The position numbers and the translations under genes were made by a program. A DNA stretch of 64,000 nt from a virus: positions 32,001 to 96,000 of the IMG/VR virus record IMGVR_UViG_3300047409_000574; one strand, written 5' to 3'. A model generated the notes under the pieces. The model made no database searches. It saw only the letters and a program-made list of their open reading frames with translations, and had not been told where the DNA came from. Positions 1 to 9,577 of the stretch are shown piece by piece. Each line of letters opens with the position of its first letter. The stretch's first letter is position 1.

Positions 1-104
1 GCGGTTGACCCCGTCGGGCCGCGGTCTTAGGATGCTTGCCCCATAAAAAAGACGCCGCTCCCGGTCAGGAACGGCGTCGAGTTCTAGCATTCGAGGAGGT
101 CAGT

Positions 105-737
105 ATGACCGATCTAGCGGACGTTGCGCAAGTCGTTCTCGACGATTTGCAAGGCGAGCGCTTCTACGTTGCGCTCGTCGAGCTTCGGTTCTTCTACTGG
201 GAGACCGACTGCTCCGTCGCTTCGATCGCGGCGGGATACACGTTGCCCGCGCATGAGGTTCCCGGTGCTGCCGGGCCGCTCGTGCTCGCGTCTACATGTG
301 GGTGGTGTGGGGACAACGAGGTCGTTCATTCGCGGACAGAGCGGGCGGAGCGTGAGCGATGGTGGCGGCGACGCCATGAGGTTCGCGGCCGTCGAGAAGT
401 TGAGGTCGGATGGCTTCCCGGAGATCGCTGCTCTAACTGCAACGATGGGTTCGCTGCATGGGCGGAGATCGACCGGGCGAGAGGAGCACGACTCGACACG
501 AGCGAGCGGCAACTGCTGCGTTCGATGCCGTACTCCGACTATCTGCTCACCGAGCATTGGAAGAAGGTCAGGGCGCGGGCACTCAAGTATGCGGGCTACC
601 GCTGCCAGTTGTGTAACGCGCGAGCACGGCTCGATGTTCACCATCGGACGTATGAGCATCGAGGCTGCGAGCGTGACCAGGATGTGATCGCACTCTGCCG
701 CCCATGTCACGCTCTCCATCACGGAAAGCTCGCATGA
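105..737 (+). CDS. HNH endonuclease domain protein
   Basis: C-terminal YSDYLLTEHWKKVR..CQLC..LDVHHRTY..LCRPCHALHH HNH motif; GAGGAGG SD before ATG at 105 (ORF track starts at 36). Confidence 0.8.
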   Translation: MTDLADVAQVVLDDLQGERFYVALVELRFFYWETDCSVASIAAGYTLPAHEVPGAAGPLVLASTCGWCGDNEVVHSRTERAERERWWRRRHEVRGRREVEVGWLPGDRCSNCNDGFAAWAEIDRARGARLDTSERQLLRSMPYSDYLLTEHWKKVRARALKYAGYRCQLCNARARLDVHHRTYEHRGCERDQDVIALCRPCHALHHGKLA

Positions 738-1501
738 GCGCGGTCGAGAAGAAGCCGTGGGTCAGCCACCGCTTCCCGCCGTCGTGGCACTTCACGCGCC
801 TGCCGAACGTCATGCTTCTCGACGCGTCGCTCTCGCCGGACGCGAAGGTTCTCTGGATGCTGCTCTGTCATCTCGCCGTCGAGCAGCGAACGGATCAGCC
901 TGTTGTCGGCGTCGAGGAGGCCAGGTCGGCTATCGGCCTGGGTGAACGAACGTGGGCAAAGGCGCGAGACGAGTTGGTCGAGCGCGGCTTGCTGGAGGTG
1001 AAAGGCAGGCGCGGATTCGGCCTGCCGAACGAGTATGTCGTGCTGCCGCCGCATGACCCTCAAAACGCAGTCATGGGTGCCGACAAAACGCAGGAACTAG
1101 GTGCCGACGAATCGCAGCACCCTTCCTTATTCGAGATAGAACCCTCCTCCACCTCCACCCTGCGCGCGGGGCGCGCGCCCACCCAGGTGAACGGGAAGAA
1201 GGTGACCGTCAAGGAGGAGTTCTTCGCTATCGCGGTGCTCGACGTGTTCAACGAGATCACCGGCAAGAAGTTCGCGGCGAAGGAGACGCTCGGGAAGATC
1301 ATCCTGCGTCATCGCGAGCATCCAGAACTCGACGTGGCCGACCACCGCCGGATCATCGAGGAGCAGGTCGCCCATCCGTGGTGGAAGGGGGACGTGTCTC
1401 CGGCGGTAATCTACGGGAACGGGCCGTTGTTCGACCGGGCGCTGAACGGTGTCCGGGCTGCACCGGCCGATCCGCTCAAGGTGAACTACACCCGTGTCTG
1501 A
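734..1501 (+). CDS. Phage replication initiator (N-terminal wHTH, conserved phage C-terminal domain)
   Basis: FTRLPN..LLD.SLSPDAKVLW wHTH start typical of replisome organisers; ATGA overlap with the upstream stop; directly upstream of a DnaC-like loader. Confidence 0.7.
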   Translation: MSAVEKKPWVSHRFPPSWHFTRLPNVMLLDASLSPDAKVLWMLLCHLAVEQRTDQPVVGVEEARSAIGLGERTWAKARDELVERGLLEVKGRRGFGLPNEYVVLPPHDPQNAVMGADKTQELGADESQHPSLFEIEPSSTSTLRAGRAPTQVNGKKVTVKEEFFAIAVLDVFNEITGKKFAAKETLGKIILRHREHPELDVADHRRIIEEQVAHPWWKGDVSPAVIYGNGPLFDRALNGVRAAPADPLKVNYTRV

Positions 1502-2276
1502 CAACTCGCTGGCTCTACTCGATACGAGCTTCATGCGCACCGGCGCGCAGGTGGCCTGCCCCGGCTGCGGGAAGGCGAACGGCGGGTTGGAGGTCACGAT
1601 CTCCGGGCTGGCGTTGACGCTCTCGTGCGCGATGTGTGTGGCGCGGGCGGAGGCGGAGGCGGAGGAGCAGGAGCGCCAGGAGCGGGTGCGTGACCTGCTC
1701 GCGCGCGCGGGCGGCACCGCCAGGCTGGAGCAGTTCACGCTGGAGGGCTACCCGACCACGCAGGTGCACCAGCAGGCGCTCGCCAAGGCGCTCGGCTGGC
1801 GTGACCGGGTGCTCTCGATCCCTCCCGGCAGGCCGGGCGCACCGAACCTGGTGCTGTTCGGCGGGATCGGCTCGGGGAAGTCCGGGCTGATGTGGCCGGT
1901 CGTCCGCTCGCTCTGCGAGCACCTGCGCCGCACCCGCTACGTGGACTTCCCGGCGCTGCTGGAGCAGATGAAGGACGCCTACGCCAAGCGGGTGCCGTTC
2001 GACCAGTTCTCCGAACTGGGCCGGGTGCCGGTGCTGGTGCTCGACGATGTGGGGGCGGAGCGGCCGACGGAGTGGGCGCTCGGGGAGCTTCTCCAACTCG
2101 TGAACGCACGCTATGAGCGGCTGCTGCCGACGGCGTACATCTCGAACTTCGAGCCGCAGGAGCTTGTCGCCCGGCTCGGGCGCGGCGACGAGCATGTCGG
2201 GGAGCGCATCGTTTCGCGGATGAACGAAGGAGCTATTCAGTGTCGGCTCAAGTCGCGCGACCTGCGAGCGGCGTGA
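1494..2276 (+). CDS. DnaC/IstB-like AAA+ helicase loader
   Basis: Zn-finger CxxC..CxxC, Walker A GGIGSGKS, Walker B LVLDDVGAE, NARYERLLPT..SN, ERIVSRM. Confidence 0.9.
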   Translation: MSDNSLALLDTSFMRTGAQVACPGCGKANGGLEVTISGLALTLSCAMCVARAEAEAEEQERQERVRDLLARAGGTARLEQFTLEGYPTTQVHQQALAKALGWRDRVLSIPPGRPGAPNLVLFGGIGSGKSGLMWPVVRSLCEHLRRTRYVDFPALLEQMKDAYAKRVPFDQFSELGRVPVLVLDDVGAERPTEWALGELLQLVNARYERLLPTAYISNFEPQELVARLGRGDEHVGERIVSRMNEGAIQCRLKSRDLRAA

Positions 2277-2662
2277 GGCAGGCTCTCGACATGCTGCTCG
2301 TCCTCGCTGCTCTCGGCGCGATCTTCACGGCGACCATCGCAGCCGTCCAGGTCGTGGTCATGGTCGCGCGGAAGCTCGCTGGCCGTTTGCGATGAGCACC
2401 TTTGAGCCGTGCGCCCGACCGGCTGGTTGCGCGACACCGTTCGCGTGTAGCGGTGACACGGGTGACTACGGCACGTGTATCTACCGGGCGCTCCAGGAGC
2501 ATGAGGAGCGGGTGAAGGCTGGCACGGTGCGGCCTATCCGGGTGATCCATCCGTACAAGGCGAAAGATGCAGCAGGCTAAGTTGGGCGAATCTGCGGAAC
2601 TCGGAAGTCTGCTGTCCGGTTGGGGGCGTAGTGTTAGTCAAGCAACCGGAGAGGTGAGGCTC

Positions 2663-3304
2663 GTGGAGGTCGTGCAGTTCGAGGTCGCGGGGAAGGCGAT
2701 CACGCAAGGCTCGAAGATGCCGTTTGTGCCGAGCTACGGCGACGGTACCCCGGTGCGACGCCACACGAAGTCGTGTCCCGGCTCCAAGTCGAAGAACCAG
2801 GCGCACCACTACGCGTCGATCCCGTGTCGCTGCCCGGTGATGGCGAACGTCGTGGACGACAATGATGGGCCGCTGGGGAACTGGCGGGACACGATCGGCT
2901 TCCACGCGCGCGTGGCGATGGGCGACCGGGAGGTGTTCGACGGGCTGTGCCGGGCGACGTTCGTGTTCGTCAAGCCGCGCCCGGCGGCCCACTACGGCTC
3001 AGGCCGGAACGAGCGCATCTTGAAGGACTCGGCTCCGGCCGCGCCGGGCAAGCGGCCGGACGCGTTGAAGCTCGCGCGCGCGGTCGAGGATGCGATGACC
3101 GGGATCGTGTATGTGGACGATTCGCTGATCGTGACGGAGGTGATCGCGAAGCGGTACTGCTCGCGCTGGGAGACCGAGCGGGTGGAGGTGCGGGTCGAGT
3201 TGCTGGCGGAGCAGACGGTGCATGATCTGGTGGCGGCGGGGCTGCTTGATCTGCCTGCGGCGTCGGGCGAGCACGGGCACGAACAGTTGAGTTTGGTCGC
3301 GTAG
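2663..3304 (+). CDS. rusA: RusA-family Holliday junction resolvase
   Basis: F.V.G..ITQGSK start, KRPDALKLARAVEDAMTGIVYVDDSLIV catalytic motif; start uncertain (ORF open from 2567). Confidence 0.85.
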   Translation: MEVVQFEVAGKAITQGSKMPFVPSYGDGTPVRRHTKSCPGSKSKNQAHHYASIPCRCPVMANVVDDNDGPLGNWRDTIGFHARVAMGDREVFDGLCRATFVFVKPRPAAHYGSGRNERILKDSAPAAPGKRPDALKLARAVEDAMTGIVYVDDSLIVTEVIAKRYCSRWETERVEVRVELLAEQTVHDLVAAGLLDLPAASGEHGHEQLSLVA

Positions 3305-3538
3305 CGCGACCTGCGTAGCTCGCCAAGAGAGAGGACGGGGATTGTGATGCGCGCGTGTGCGTGTCCCCCGTCCTGCCGTTCGCCACGCTGAAAACGCAAA
3401 ACGGTGTCAAGTCGTCTTAACAATCGAGATGGCTATGCGGTTTGCTCGTCTCAAAAGGTGCCCGTTTGCGGGGCTGGCGACAAGAGGTAGCAAACGATGT
3501 TGTAAAATGTAGTCATGCATCCCGACCAAGGAGAGAGC

Positions 3539-3748
3539 ATGACTGCACCGACAGCGATGGAGAAGTCGGTCACGAATCTGTGGCGGTCGCTCCCCTACCA
3601 GGCGTTCGGCATCTGCGCGAACCCGGCGTGCGGAGAGCGCGGCGTCCAGTTCCTTTGCGGCAAGAACCCGCATAGCCGGGTCTGCCTTGTCTGCTTCGAG
3701 TTCGAGTTCAACTGCACCGCACCCAACATGAGAAGGAGGTCGGCATGA
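3539..3748 (+). CDS. Small Cys-rich (Zn-ribbon-like) hypothetical protein
   Basis: CxxxxC..C..CxxC; GGAGAG SD. Confidence 0.55.
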   Translation: MTAPTAMEKSVTNLWRSLPYQAFGICANPACGERGVQFLCGKNPHSRVCLVCFEFEFNCTAPNMRRRSA

Positions 3749-4194
3749 TCGCGTTCAGTCTCACCGGCAAGGTCGTGGCGATCCCGCGCAGCGGGCAGTT
3801 CACGACGGAGTTCATGCGTGCGTCGATCGAGCGGACGATCGCCGAGGGCAAGAAGGTCTACACGCGCTCGGGCGGATGGGAGGAGCCGAAGCGGTACGGC
3901 ATCGGCCGCCGGTACGAGGACGGCCAGCCGGTGGACGTGCGGTGCACGACGCTGCGTGTCGAGACGGACGGCGGGCCGGAGCAGACCGCCGACCTCTGGA
4001 TCACGGAGGAGCGGGTCGGCAAGGCGACGTTCGAGCGGGTGCTGGCGTTGGAGGTCGGCGCGCGGGTGAAGATCACCGGCACGGTCAAGAGCACGCTCGC
4101 GTACAACACCTTCTCACCGCAGGCCGACAAGGTGAAGGTTCTCTCGCATGCGACGAGGTGCGGGTGCGAGTTCTGTAACGAGGTGCTCTCGTGA
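3745..4194 (+). CDS. Hypothetical protein, possible OB-fold
   Basis: Beta-rich, LEVGARVKITGTV; coupled to both neighbours by 4-nt overlaps. Confidence 0.5.
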   Translation: MIAFSLTGKVVAIPRSGQFTTEFMRASIERTIAEGKKVYTRSGGWEEPKRYGIGRRYEDGQPVDVRCTTLRVETDGGPEQTADLWITEERVGKATFERVLALEVGARVKITGTVKSTLAYNTFSPQADKVKVLSHATRCGCEFCNEVLS

Positions 4195-4745
4195 AGGGCG
4201 GGCGGCTCAAGATCGTGAACGAGTCCCGCTACGCCGACGGGGAGGTCGAGGCGCTCGTGCGCTTCGGCCTCCAGGACATTGACTTGAAGGGCGAGAAGCT
4301 GCTGGCGGTGGTGAGCAACACGCGGACGCGGGAGTACCGGGGCTGGGCGGGCACGCGCGTGATGTTCTGGCGCTCGGACAGTACGGCCGGTCGGGTTGCT
4401 GCGCTCGTCCGGCGGCACAAGCCGGGGTTCATCATCCACATGATGGTTGGGCCGCCGACCAAGTTCCCGATCCGGCCGTACCGGCGCAATGGTTTCGTGC
4501 ATGACTACCGCACCTGGCAGGAGGCGCTGGTGGGGATCACCGCACATGAGGGCATGCACGTCCAGCACTTCTACGATTCGGCCTATGGGCACAACGGGAG
4601 GCGGCGGACTGGCTCGCGCCGGATCGAGCCGAAGTGCGAGGCGTTCGAGCAGTTCATGCTCCGGCGCTACCGGGAGAGCTTGCTCACGCCACCGGAGTTT
4701 GCTACCGTCTCCTGTCAAGGTCTCCGTTTGGAGACGGTCGGCTGA
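4191..4745 (+). CDS. HExxH zinc metallopeptidase-like protein
   Basis: ITAHEGMHVQH followed by E..CE. Confidence 0.55.
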   Translation: MKGGRLKIVNESRYADGEVEALVRFGLQDIDLKGEKLLAVVSNTRTREYRGWAGTRVMFWRSDSTAGRVAALVRRHKPGFIIHMMVGPPTKFPIRPYRRNGFVHDYRTWQEALVGITAHEGMHVQHFYDSAYGHNGRRRTGSRRIEPKCEAFEQFMLRRYRESLLTPPEFATVSCQGLRLETVG

Positions 4746-4761
4746 TGGGACGGAGGCACGA

Positions 4762-5124
4762 GTGACCAAGCAACTGCGGGACTGGATCGACGAGATGGTG
4801 GCGGCGGGCAAGAAGTCGGTGCCGCTTGCGAAGCTGCGAGAGAAGCTCGACGAGGTCGAGCGCAAGCCGTCCCGTGGTCGGCGCAACGGGAAGATCAACC
4901 CGGCCGATCTGGTCGGCAACGCGGAGGCTGCGCGCATCCTGGGGGTGGATCGCACGCGCATCTCGAAGTGGCGGAACAAGGATGTGCTGACGACGTTCGG
5001 CCCGAAGAAGCTGCCGTTCCCGGAGCCGGTCGCGACGCTCGACGCGGGGCCGGTGTGGGACAGGAACGACGTGCTGACGATCCTCCCGTTCGTGGAGGAG
5101 CGTCGCCGGGCACGCGCGAAGTAG
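4762..5124 (+). CDS. Helix-turn-helix DNA-binding protein (AlpA/excisionase-like)
   Basis: DLVGNAEAARILGVDRTRISKW..FPEPVATLDAGPVW; GGAGG SD. Confidence 0.75.
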   Translation: MTKQLRDWIDEMVAAGKKSVPLAKLREKLDEVERKPSRGRRNGKINPADLVGNAEAARILGVDRTRISKWRNKDVLTTFGPKKLPFPEPVATLDAGPVWDRNDVLTILPFVEERRRARAK

Positions 5125-5152
5125 AGTCTTGACCCCCAACGAAAGGACGGGC

Positions 5153-5287
5153 ATGAGCGAGAGCGAGCAGGAGCCGGGCGGCGCGCCCGAGACCCCGCCT
5201 GACGGCGGTGACGGCGGTGACGGCGGAGCGCCGGAGGTTCCGGCTGGCGGTGGTGGCGAGCAGGCGGCCCCGGCGACTGAGGACTAG
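5153..5287 (+). CDS. 44-aa acidic Gly/Pro-rich peptide
   Basis: MSESEQEPGGAPETPPDGGDGGDGG...; GAAAGGA SD; too short for the ORF track. Confidence 0.4.
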   Translation: MSESEQEPGGAPETPPDGGDGGDGGAPEVPAGGGGEQAAPATED

Positions 5288-5311
5288 CGTCCTCGCTATC
5301 GGTGGTGTGAG

Positions 5312-5340
5312 GGGGGCGGCCTGCGGGTCGCCCCTTCTTG
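5312..5340 (+). terminator. Probable intrinsic terminator
   Basis: GGGGCGGCC-TGCG-GGTCGCCCC hairpin followed by TTCTTG. Confidence 0.55.
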
Positions 5341-5393
5341 TCCGTCCGATGGGATGGGATACGATGATGGCTTCCGACCAAGAGAGGTAGAGC

Positions 5394-5963
5394 ATGGCGA
5401 ACCTAATCAATTCGGTCATTATTCAGGGGAATCTGACTCGCGACCCGGAATTGCGCTACACCCCGTCGGGTACGGCGGTCGCGAACGCGAGGATCGCGCA
5501 CAACGACCGGGTGAAGAAGGACGGCGTGTGGACTGACACGCCGTACTACTTCGATGTGACGATCTGGGGGAATCGGGGCGAGGCGTTCTGCCGGTTCTTC
5601 ACGAAGGGCAGCGCGGTGCTGATCCGCGGCCGGTTGACCTGGCGGGAGTGGGATTCGGAGAACGGCAAGCGCCAGCAGGTCGAGATCGTGGCGGACGACT
5701 GGTACTTCGTCGGCAAGAAGGGTGAGGGCGGCGGGACGACTGACCGGTACGACGGGGCGGACTACTCGCGCGGCGGGGATGGTGGCGGCCAGTACGACGT
5801 GGATGATCCGGCTGGCCCTCCTGCGACCGTTCCGGCGGGCGGGGACTTCGATGCTGACGGCGATGACATACCCTTCGCCCTTTTTGACATGTGCCCTCTT
5901 GACGGCGTAGTGTGGGCGCATGTCCGCCGGACGTGGCCGCCCACCAAGTTGCACCTGTGGTGA
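5394..5963 (+). CDS. ssb: Single-stranded DNA-binding protein
   Basis: INSVIIQGNLTRDPELRYTPSG..V.GRLTWREW; Gly-rich linker; DDIPF motif followed by an extra 28 aa. Confidence 0.95.
   Translation: MANLINSVIIQGNLTRDPELRYTPSGTAVANARIAHNDRVKKDGVWTDTPYYFDVTIWGNRGEAFCRFFTKGSAVLIRGRLTWREWDSENGKRQQVEIVADDWYFVGKKGEGGGTTDRYDGADYSRGGDGGGQYDVDDPAGPPATVPAGGDFDADGDDIPFALFDMCPLDGVVWAHVRRTWPPTKLHLW
5884..5913 (+). promoter_or_regulatory. Putative sigma70-type promoter for a leaderless HNH gene
   Basis: TTGACA (5884-5889), 18-nt spacer, TAGTGT (5908-5913); ATG 6 nt downstream at 5920. Confidence 0.45.
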
Positions 5964-6387
5964 GTGCGCCAAGTGCAAAAGGCGGGTAGCTGCGCGTGAA
6001 GCGTATCGCGCTATGTCGCCGCAAGAGCGGAAGGACTGGGTTGCTCGGCGCGATCCCGAGAAGGTGCGTGCGGCTGATCGCGTTCGGTACAAGAAGGACA
6101 AGCCGAATCGTCGCAAGGCGATGGACGAGTACGCGGCGAGCAACCGCGAGCGCGTCAACGGCCACAAGAAGGCGTGGGTCGAGCGCAACCCGGAGAAGCA
6201 TGCCGCGCACGTCGCGGTCAGCAACGCGCTGCGCGATGGCAGGCTGGTCAAGGGGCCGTGCGAGCGCGCGTCCGAGGGCGGGTGTGGGCGGCGTATCGAG
6301 GCTCATCACGATGACTACGAGAAGCCGCTAGAGGTGCGCTGGCTGTGCTCGAAGCATCACGCTGAGACGCGCAAGAAGGTGGACTGA
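5920..6387 (+). CDS. HNH-like endonuclease
   Basis: C-terminal C..C..IEAHHDDYEKPLEVRWLCSKHH motif common in phage HNH proteins. Confidence 0.75.
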   Translation: MSAGRGRPPSCTCGECAKCKRRVAAREAYRAMSPQERKDWVARRDPEKVRAADRVRYKKDKPNRRKAMDEYAASNRERVNGHKKAWVERNPEKHAAHVAVSNALRDGRLVKGPCERASEGGCGRRIEAHHDDYEKPLEVRWLCSKHHAETRKKVD

Positions 6388-8339
6388 TGGCTCGGGGCGT
6401 GCTGCATCTCGCGCCCGGCCTGAGCCTGCCGCTCGACGCGGTCACGCGCACGTTCGGCATCTTCGGGCAGCGCGGAACCGGCAAGTCCTCGACCGGCGCG
6501 GTGTTGATCGAGCAGAGCGTTCGGCTGGGCGGTCGGGCGGTGCTTCTCGACCCGACGGGAGTGCACTTCGGGCTGACGCGCGAGGGCACCGAGCCGGGCC
6601 TGCCGGGCGTCGTGCTCGGCGGTGAGCATGCAGATGCGCCGTTGGAGCCGCACGCCGGTGGGCTGGTCGCCGAGTTCGTGGTCGGCTCGGACTACCCGCT
6701 GGTCGTGCTCGACATGAAGCTGCTGCGCAAGCATCAGCGCCAGCACTTCGCGATGGAGTTGCTGGAGGCGCTCTACCACGACAACCGCGATCCGCTGCTG
6801 GTGGTGTTCGACGAGGCGGCGCAGTTCGCCCCGCAGCAGATGCGGGAGGGCGGCGAGGTGCCGCGTCTGCTCGGCGCGGTCGAGGACTTGGTCAAGCTCG
6901 GCCGGTCGCGCGGGCTGGGCGCGGTGATGATCGAGCAGCGCATCGCGACGTTGAACGCGAACGTGCGCGAGCAGATCGAAACGATGATCGCGCACCGGCT
7001 GGTCGGCCCGTTGGATCGCAAGGCGCTCAAGGAGTGGATCGCGGCGAACGGGGAGCCGGAGCGGGAGGCGGAGGCGATGGCGCTGGTGCCGAAGCTCGAC
7101 GCGGGCGAGGCGCTGGTGTGGTCGCCGTCGTTCCTCAAGTTCTTCGGGCGGGTGGCGATGAACCGGGCGACGACGTTCGACTCGCGGGCGACGCCGGAGG
7201 TTGGCAAGGCGCGCAAGAAGCTGACGGCGCGTGCGCCGGTTGATCTCGACGGGCTGCGTGTGCGGATGGCGGCGACGATTGAGGAGGCGGAGCGCAACGA
7301 TCCGAAGGTGCTGCGCTCGAAGCTTGCGGTGGCGGAGCGCAAGCTGGCCGACGTGTCGGCGCAACTCTCCGAGCTTCAAGCCTGGGCGGATGAACTCGGG
7401 AGGTCGGGTGGGGAGAGCGCGGCCGAGGAGGTCGTGAACGTCTACATGCTCGCGAAGCGCTACGTCGGGTTCTCCTGCGATCTCGTGGACGAGGTGCGTG
7501 CGCTCGGCGCGCAGAACGGCAAGCCGGTGCTCGACGAGGAGATGCTCAGGCTGCTGTTCGATCACGTGCGCGCCGTGGAGAACGCCGCCGACCGCACGAC
7601 CGAGGTGTACGAGAAGCTGCGCGAGGTGATGTACCCGCTCGCGTCGAACGTGAAGGATGCGCTGGATCGACATACACTCACCCAGTCTCGCCCCGCCGTT
7701 CCTTCGCGACTAAACGCCACGACACGGCGACAGCCGGAGCGTGAGGTCATTAGCCCAACGGCCCCTCGCGTAGCCCGGCCCGTGCCGGAGGCCGCCCATG
7801 ACAGGGGCGCGTCTGGCGGGGCGAGTACCTCTCTGACCGGCCCGGAGCAGCGGGTGCTCGACGCGGTCTACTGGTACGAGGCGCTCGGGATCATGCAGCC
7901 GACCCGGATCATGGTCGGCTTCATCGCGGGCTACCGGGTCTCGAAGAAGGGTGGCGGCACATTCTCGAACGTGCTGTCGGCGCTCAAGAACACCGAGGTG
8001 CCGCTGATCGACTATCCGGGCACCGGAGTGGTGGCGTTGACCGAGGCCGGGCGTGCGCTCGCGAACGATCCAGGGATCGAGGCGACGAACCGGGGCGTGC
8101 AGGAGGCGGTGCTGGCGCGCCTGGACGGGCCGGAGCAGCGGACGCTGCGCATCCTGATTGATCGCTGGCCGAATCCGTTGAGCCGGATCGACCTGGGCAC
8201 GGAGGCGGGCTACACGGTGACGGCGAAGGGCGGCGGGACGTTCTCGAACGTGCTCAGTCGGCTGCGCACGCTCGGTGTGATCGACTATCCCGGCACGGGG
8301 CTGGCGGTTGCAACCGAGGTGCTGTTCCCGTTAGGCTGA
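6387..8339 (+). CDS. HerA/FtsK-superfamily ATPase (DUF87-like) with coiled coil and two tandem C-terminal winged-helix repeats
   Basis: GQRGTGKS, LLDPTG, VVFDEAAQFAP, GRSRGLG..IEQR; duplicated GPEQR.L..GGGTFSNVLS.L..IDYPGTG. Confidence 0.8.
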   Translation: MARGVLHLAPGLSLPLDAVTRTFGIFGQRGTGKSSTGAVLIEQSVRLGGRAVLLDPTGVHFGLTREGTEPGLPGVVLGGEHADAPLEPHAGGLVAEFVVGSDYPLVVLDMKLLRKHQRQHFAMELLEALYHDNRDPLLVVFDEAAQFAPQQMREGGEVPRLLGAVEDLVKLGRSRGLGAVMIEQRIATLNANVREQIETMIAHRLVGPLDRKALKEWIAANGEPEREAEAMALVPKLDAGEALVWSPSFLKFFGRVAMNRATTFDSRATPEVGKARKKLTARAPVDLDGLRVRMAATIEEAERNDPKVLRSKLAVAERKLADVSAQLSELQAWADELGRSGGESAAEEVVNVYMLAKRYVGFSCDLVDEVRALGAQNGKPVLDEEMLRLLFDHVRAVENAADRTTEVYEKLREVMYPLASNVKDALDRHTLTQSRPAVPSRLNATTRRQPEREVISPTAPRVARPVPEAAHDRGASGGASTSLTGPEQRVLDAVYWYEALGIMQPTRIMVGFIAGYRVSKKGGGTFSNVLSALKNTEVPLIDYPGTGVVALTEAGRALANDPGIEATNRGVQEAVLARLDGPEQRTLRILIDRWPNPLSRIDLGTEAGYTVTAKGGGTFSNVLSRLRTLGVIDYPGTGLAVATEVLFPLG

Positions 8340-8590
8340 CAAGGGTCGGGTGTTAGCTGGGGCGAGGCAGCACGGGCCGATCCCAGTTCTCCCCTAGTGA
8401 ACGGGGGAGGTAGGCCATGCGAGCCGCCCGAGGGTGTGAGGGTAGCTCCCTCTCGTGGCCGTCCCGGCGTGTCCGTGTCCTCGTCGCCGGGGCGGCGGCC
8501 TGTAAAGCCACCGGAGTTTGCTACCCCGTGCTACACTGAGCGCATGCGGCGGGCGTCTGTGCTCACCGCTTCCGACCTGGAGGTAGAGGA

Positions 8591-9577
8591 ATGGCGAGCA
8601 CGATCAGGACGATCAAGCTGGTCTGCGGCGGACTCGCGTTCGATGTGGCGCTGCGTGGGGCGAGCGAGAAGCGGGATGTGACGCTCGACCGGGCGGCGGC
8701 GTCGTTCGTCGGTGGCTCGGAGGACGATCCCGCTGCGCTGGTCGAGGTTGCCAAGCGCATCTGCCGGATCGACGTGGTCGATCCCGGCCCGGACGCGGAG
8801 GGTCTGACGATCGAGCGGCTCTCTCGGAAGAAGGGCAAGATCGAGCAGCAGCAGTTCTACGGTGAGCCGCTGCGCGGGGTCTGGGACGGCGACGAGTTCC
8901 ACAAGATCGAGCCGGAGGAGATCGAACTGATCGACGACATGACCCGGCTCGACACACTCACCTTTCAGGAGTTCGTGCTGGCCGCCGACGTGCCGTGGGA
9001 GCGCGCGGTCGCGAGCTACTTCCTGCTCCCGGCGAACGGCACCGTGTCGGAGCAGACCAAGATGGTCACGCTGCGCGAGGCGATGGAGCGCCGGGGGGTG
9101 GTGGCGGTCGCGAAGCTGATGCCGAAGTCGCGGCAGAAGCTCGCGGTGATCTACCCGAAGCACGGCGGGCTGATGGTCACCTGTCTCGCCTACGCCGACA
9201 CGTACGCGCAGGTGCTCGACGGTGCCGCGTCGCTCGACGGGGTGGTCGTGCCCGACAAGGCGGTTGCGCTGGCCGAGCAGTTGATCGGCCTGATGCTCAA
9301 GCCCGCGTCGGTGCTGGACGAGTACCGCGACGATCTGATCGACCTCAAGGCTGACCTGGTGGAGCGCGCGAAGCTCGGCGAGCCGCTGGTCGATCCCGAG
9401 GTGGACGTGGACGTGGACGGCGACGAGGTTGCGACGGTTCCGGCTCCGACAGCGCTGGAGGACTTGCTCCAGGCGACGCTCGATGCGCTCAAGCCGAAGG
9501 TGGCACCGAAGAAGAAATCGACGGCGAAGAAGCCGTCTGTCAAGTCTCCCTCCAGGAGAACGGCCGCCACGAAGTAA
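8591..9577 (+). CDS. ku: Ku-like DNA end-binding protein
   Basis: N-terminal beta strands, L.FQEFV..VPWER..SYFLLP, LREAM..VAVAK..RQKLAVI, A.QLI..LDEYRDD, DLL.ATL, basic C-terminal tail. Confidence 0.85.
   Translation: MASTIRTIKLVCGGLAFDVALRGASEKRDVTLDRAAASFVGGSEDDPAALVEVAKRICRIDVVDPGPDAEGLTIERLSRKKGKIEQQQFYGEPLRGVWDGDEFHKIEPEEIELIDDMTRLDTLTFQEFVLAADVPWERAVASYFLLPANGTVSEQTKMVTLREAMERRGVVAVAKLMPKSRQKLAVIYPKHGGLMVTCLAYADTYAQVLDGAASLDGVVVPDKAVALAEQLIGLMLKPASVLDEYRDDLIDLKADLVERAKLGEPLVDPEVDVDVDGDEVATVPAPTALEDLLQATLDALKPKVAPKKKSTAKKPSVKSPSRRTAATK

Noticed and set aside
2750-2840. His/Cys-rich insertion in RusA as a mini-intein
   Set aside because: Too short and lacks splicing motifs; more likely a small Zn-binding loop
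5200-5227. Short tandem repeat TGACGGCGG x3
   Set aside because: Encodes DGG repeats in a low-complexity peptide; not a regulatory array
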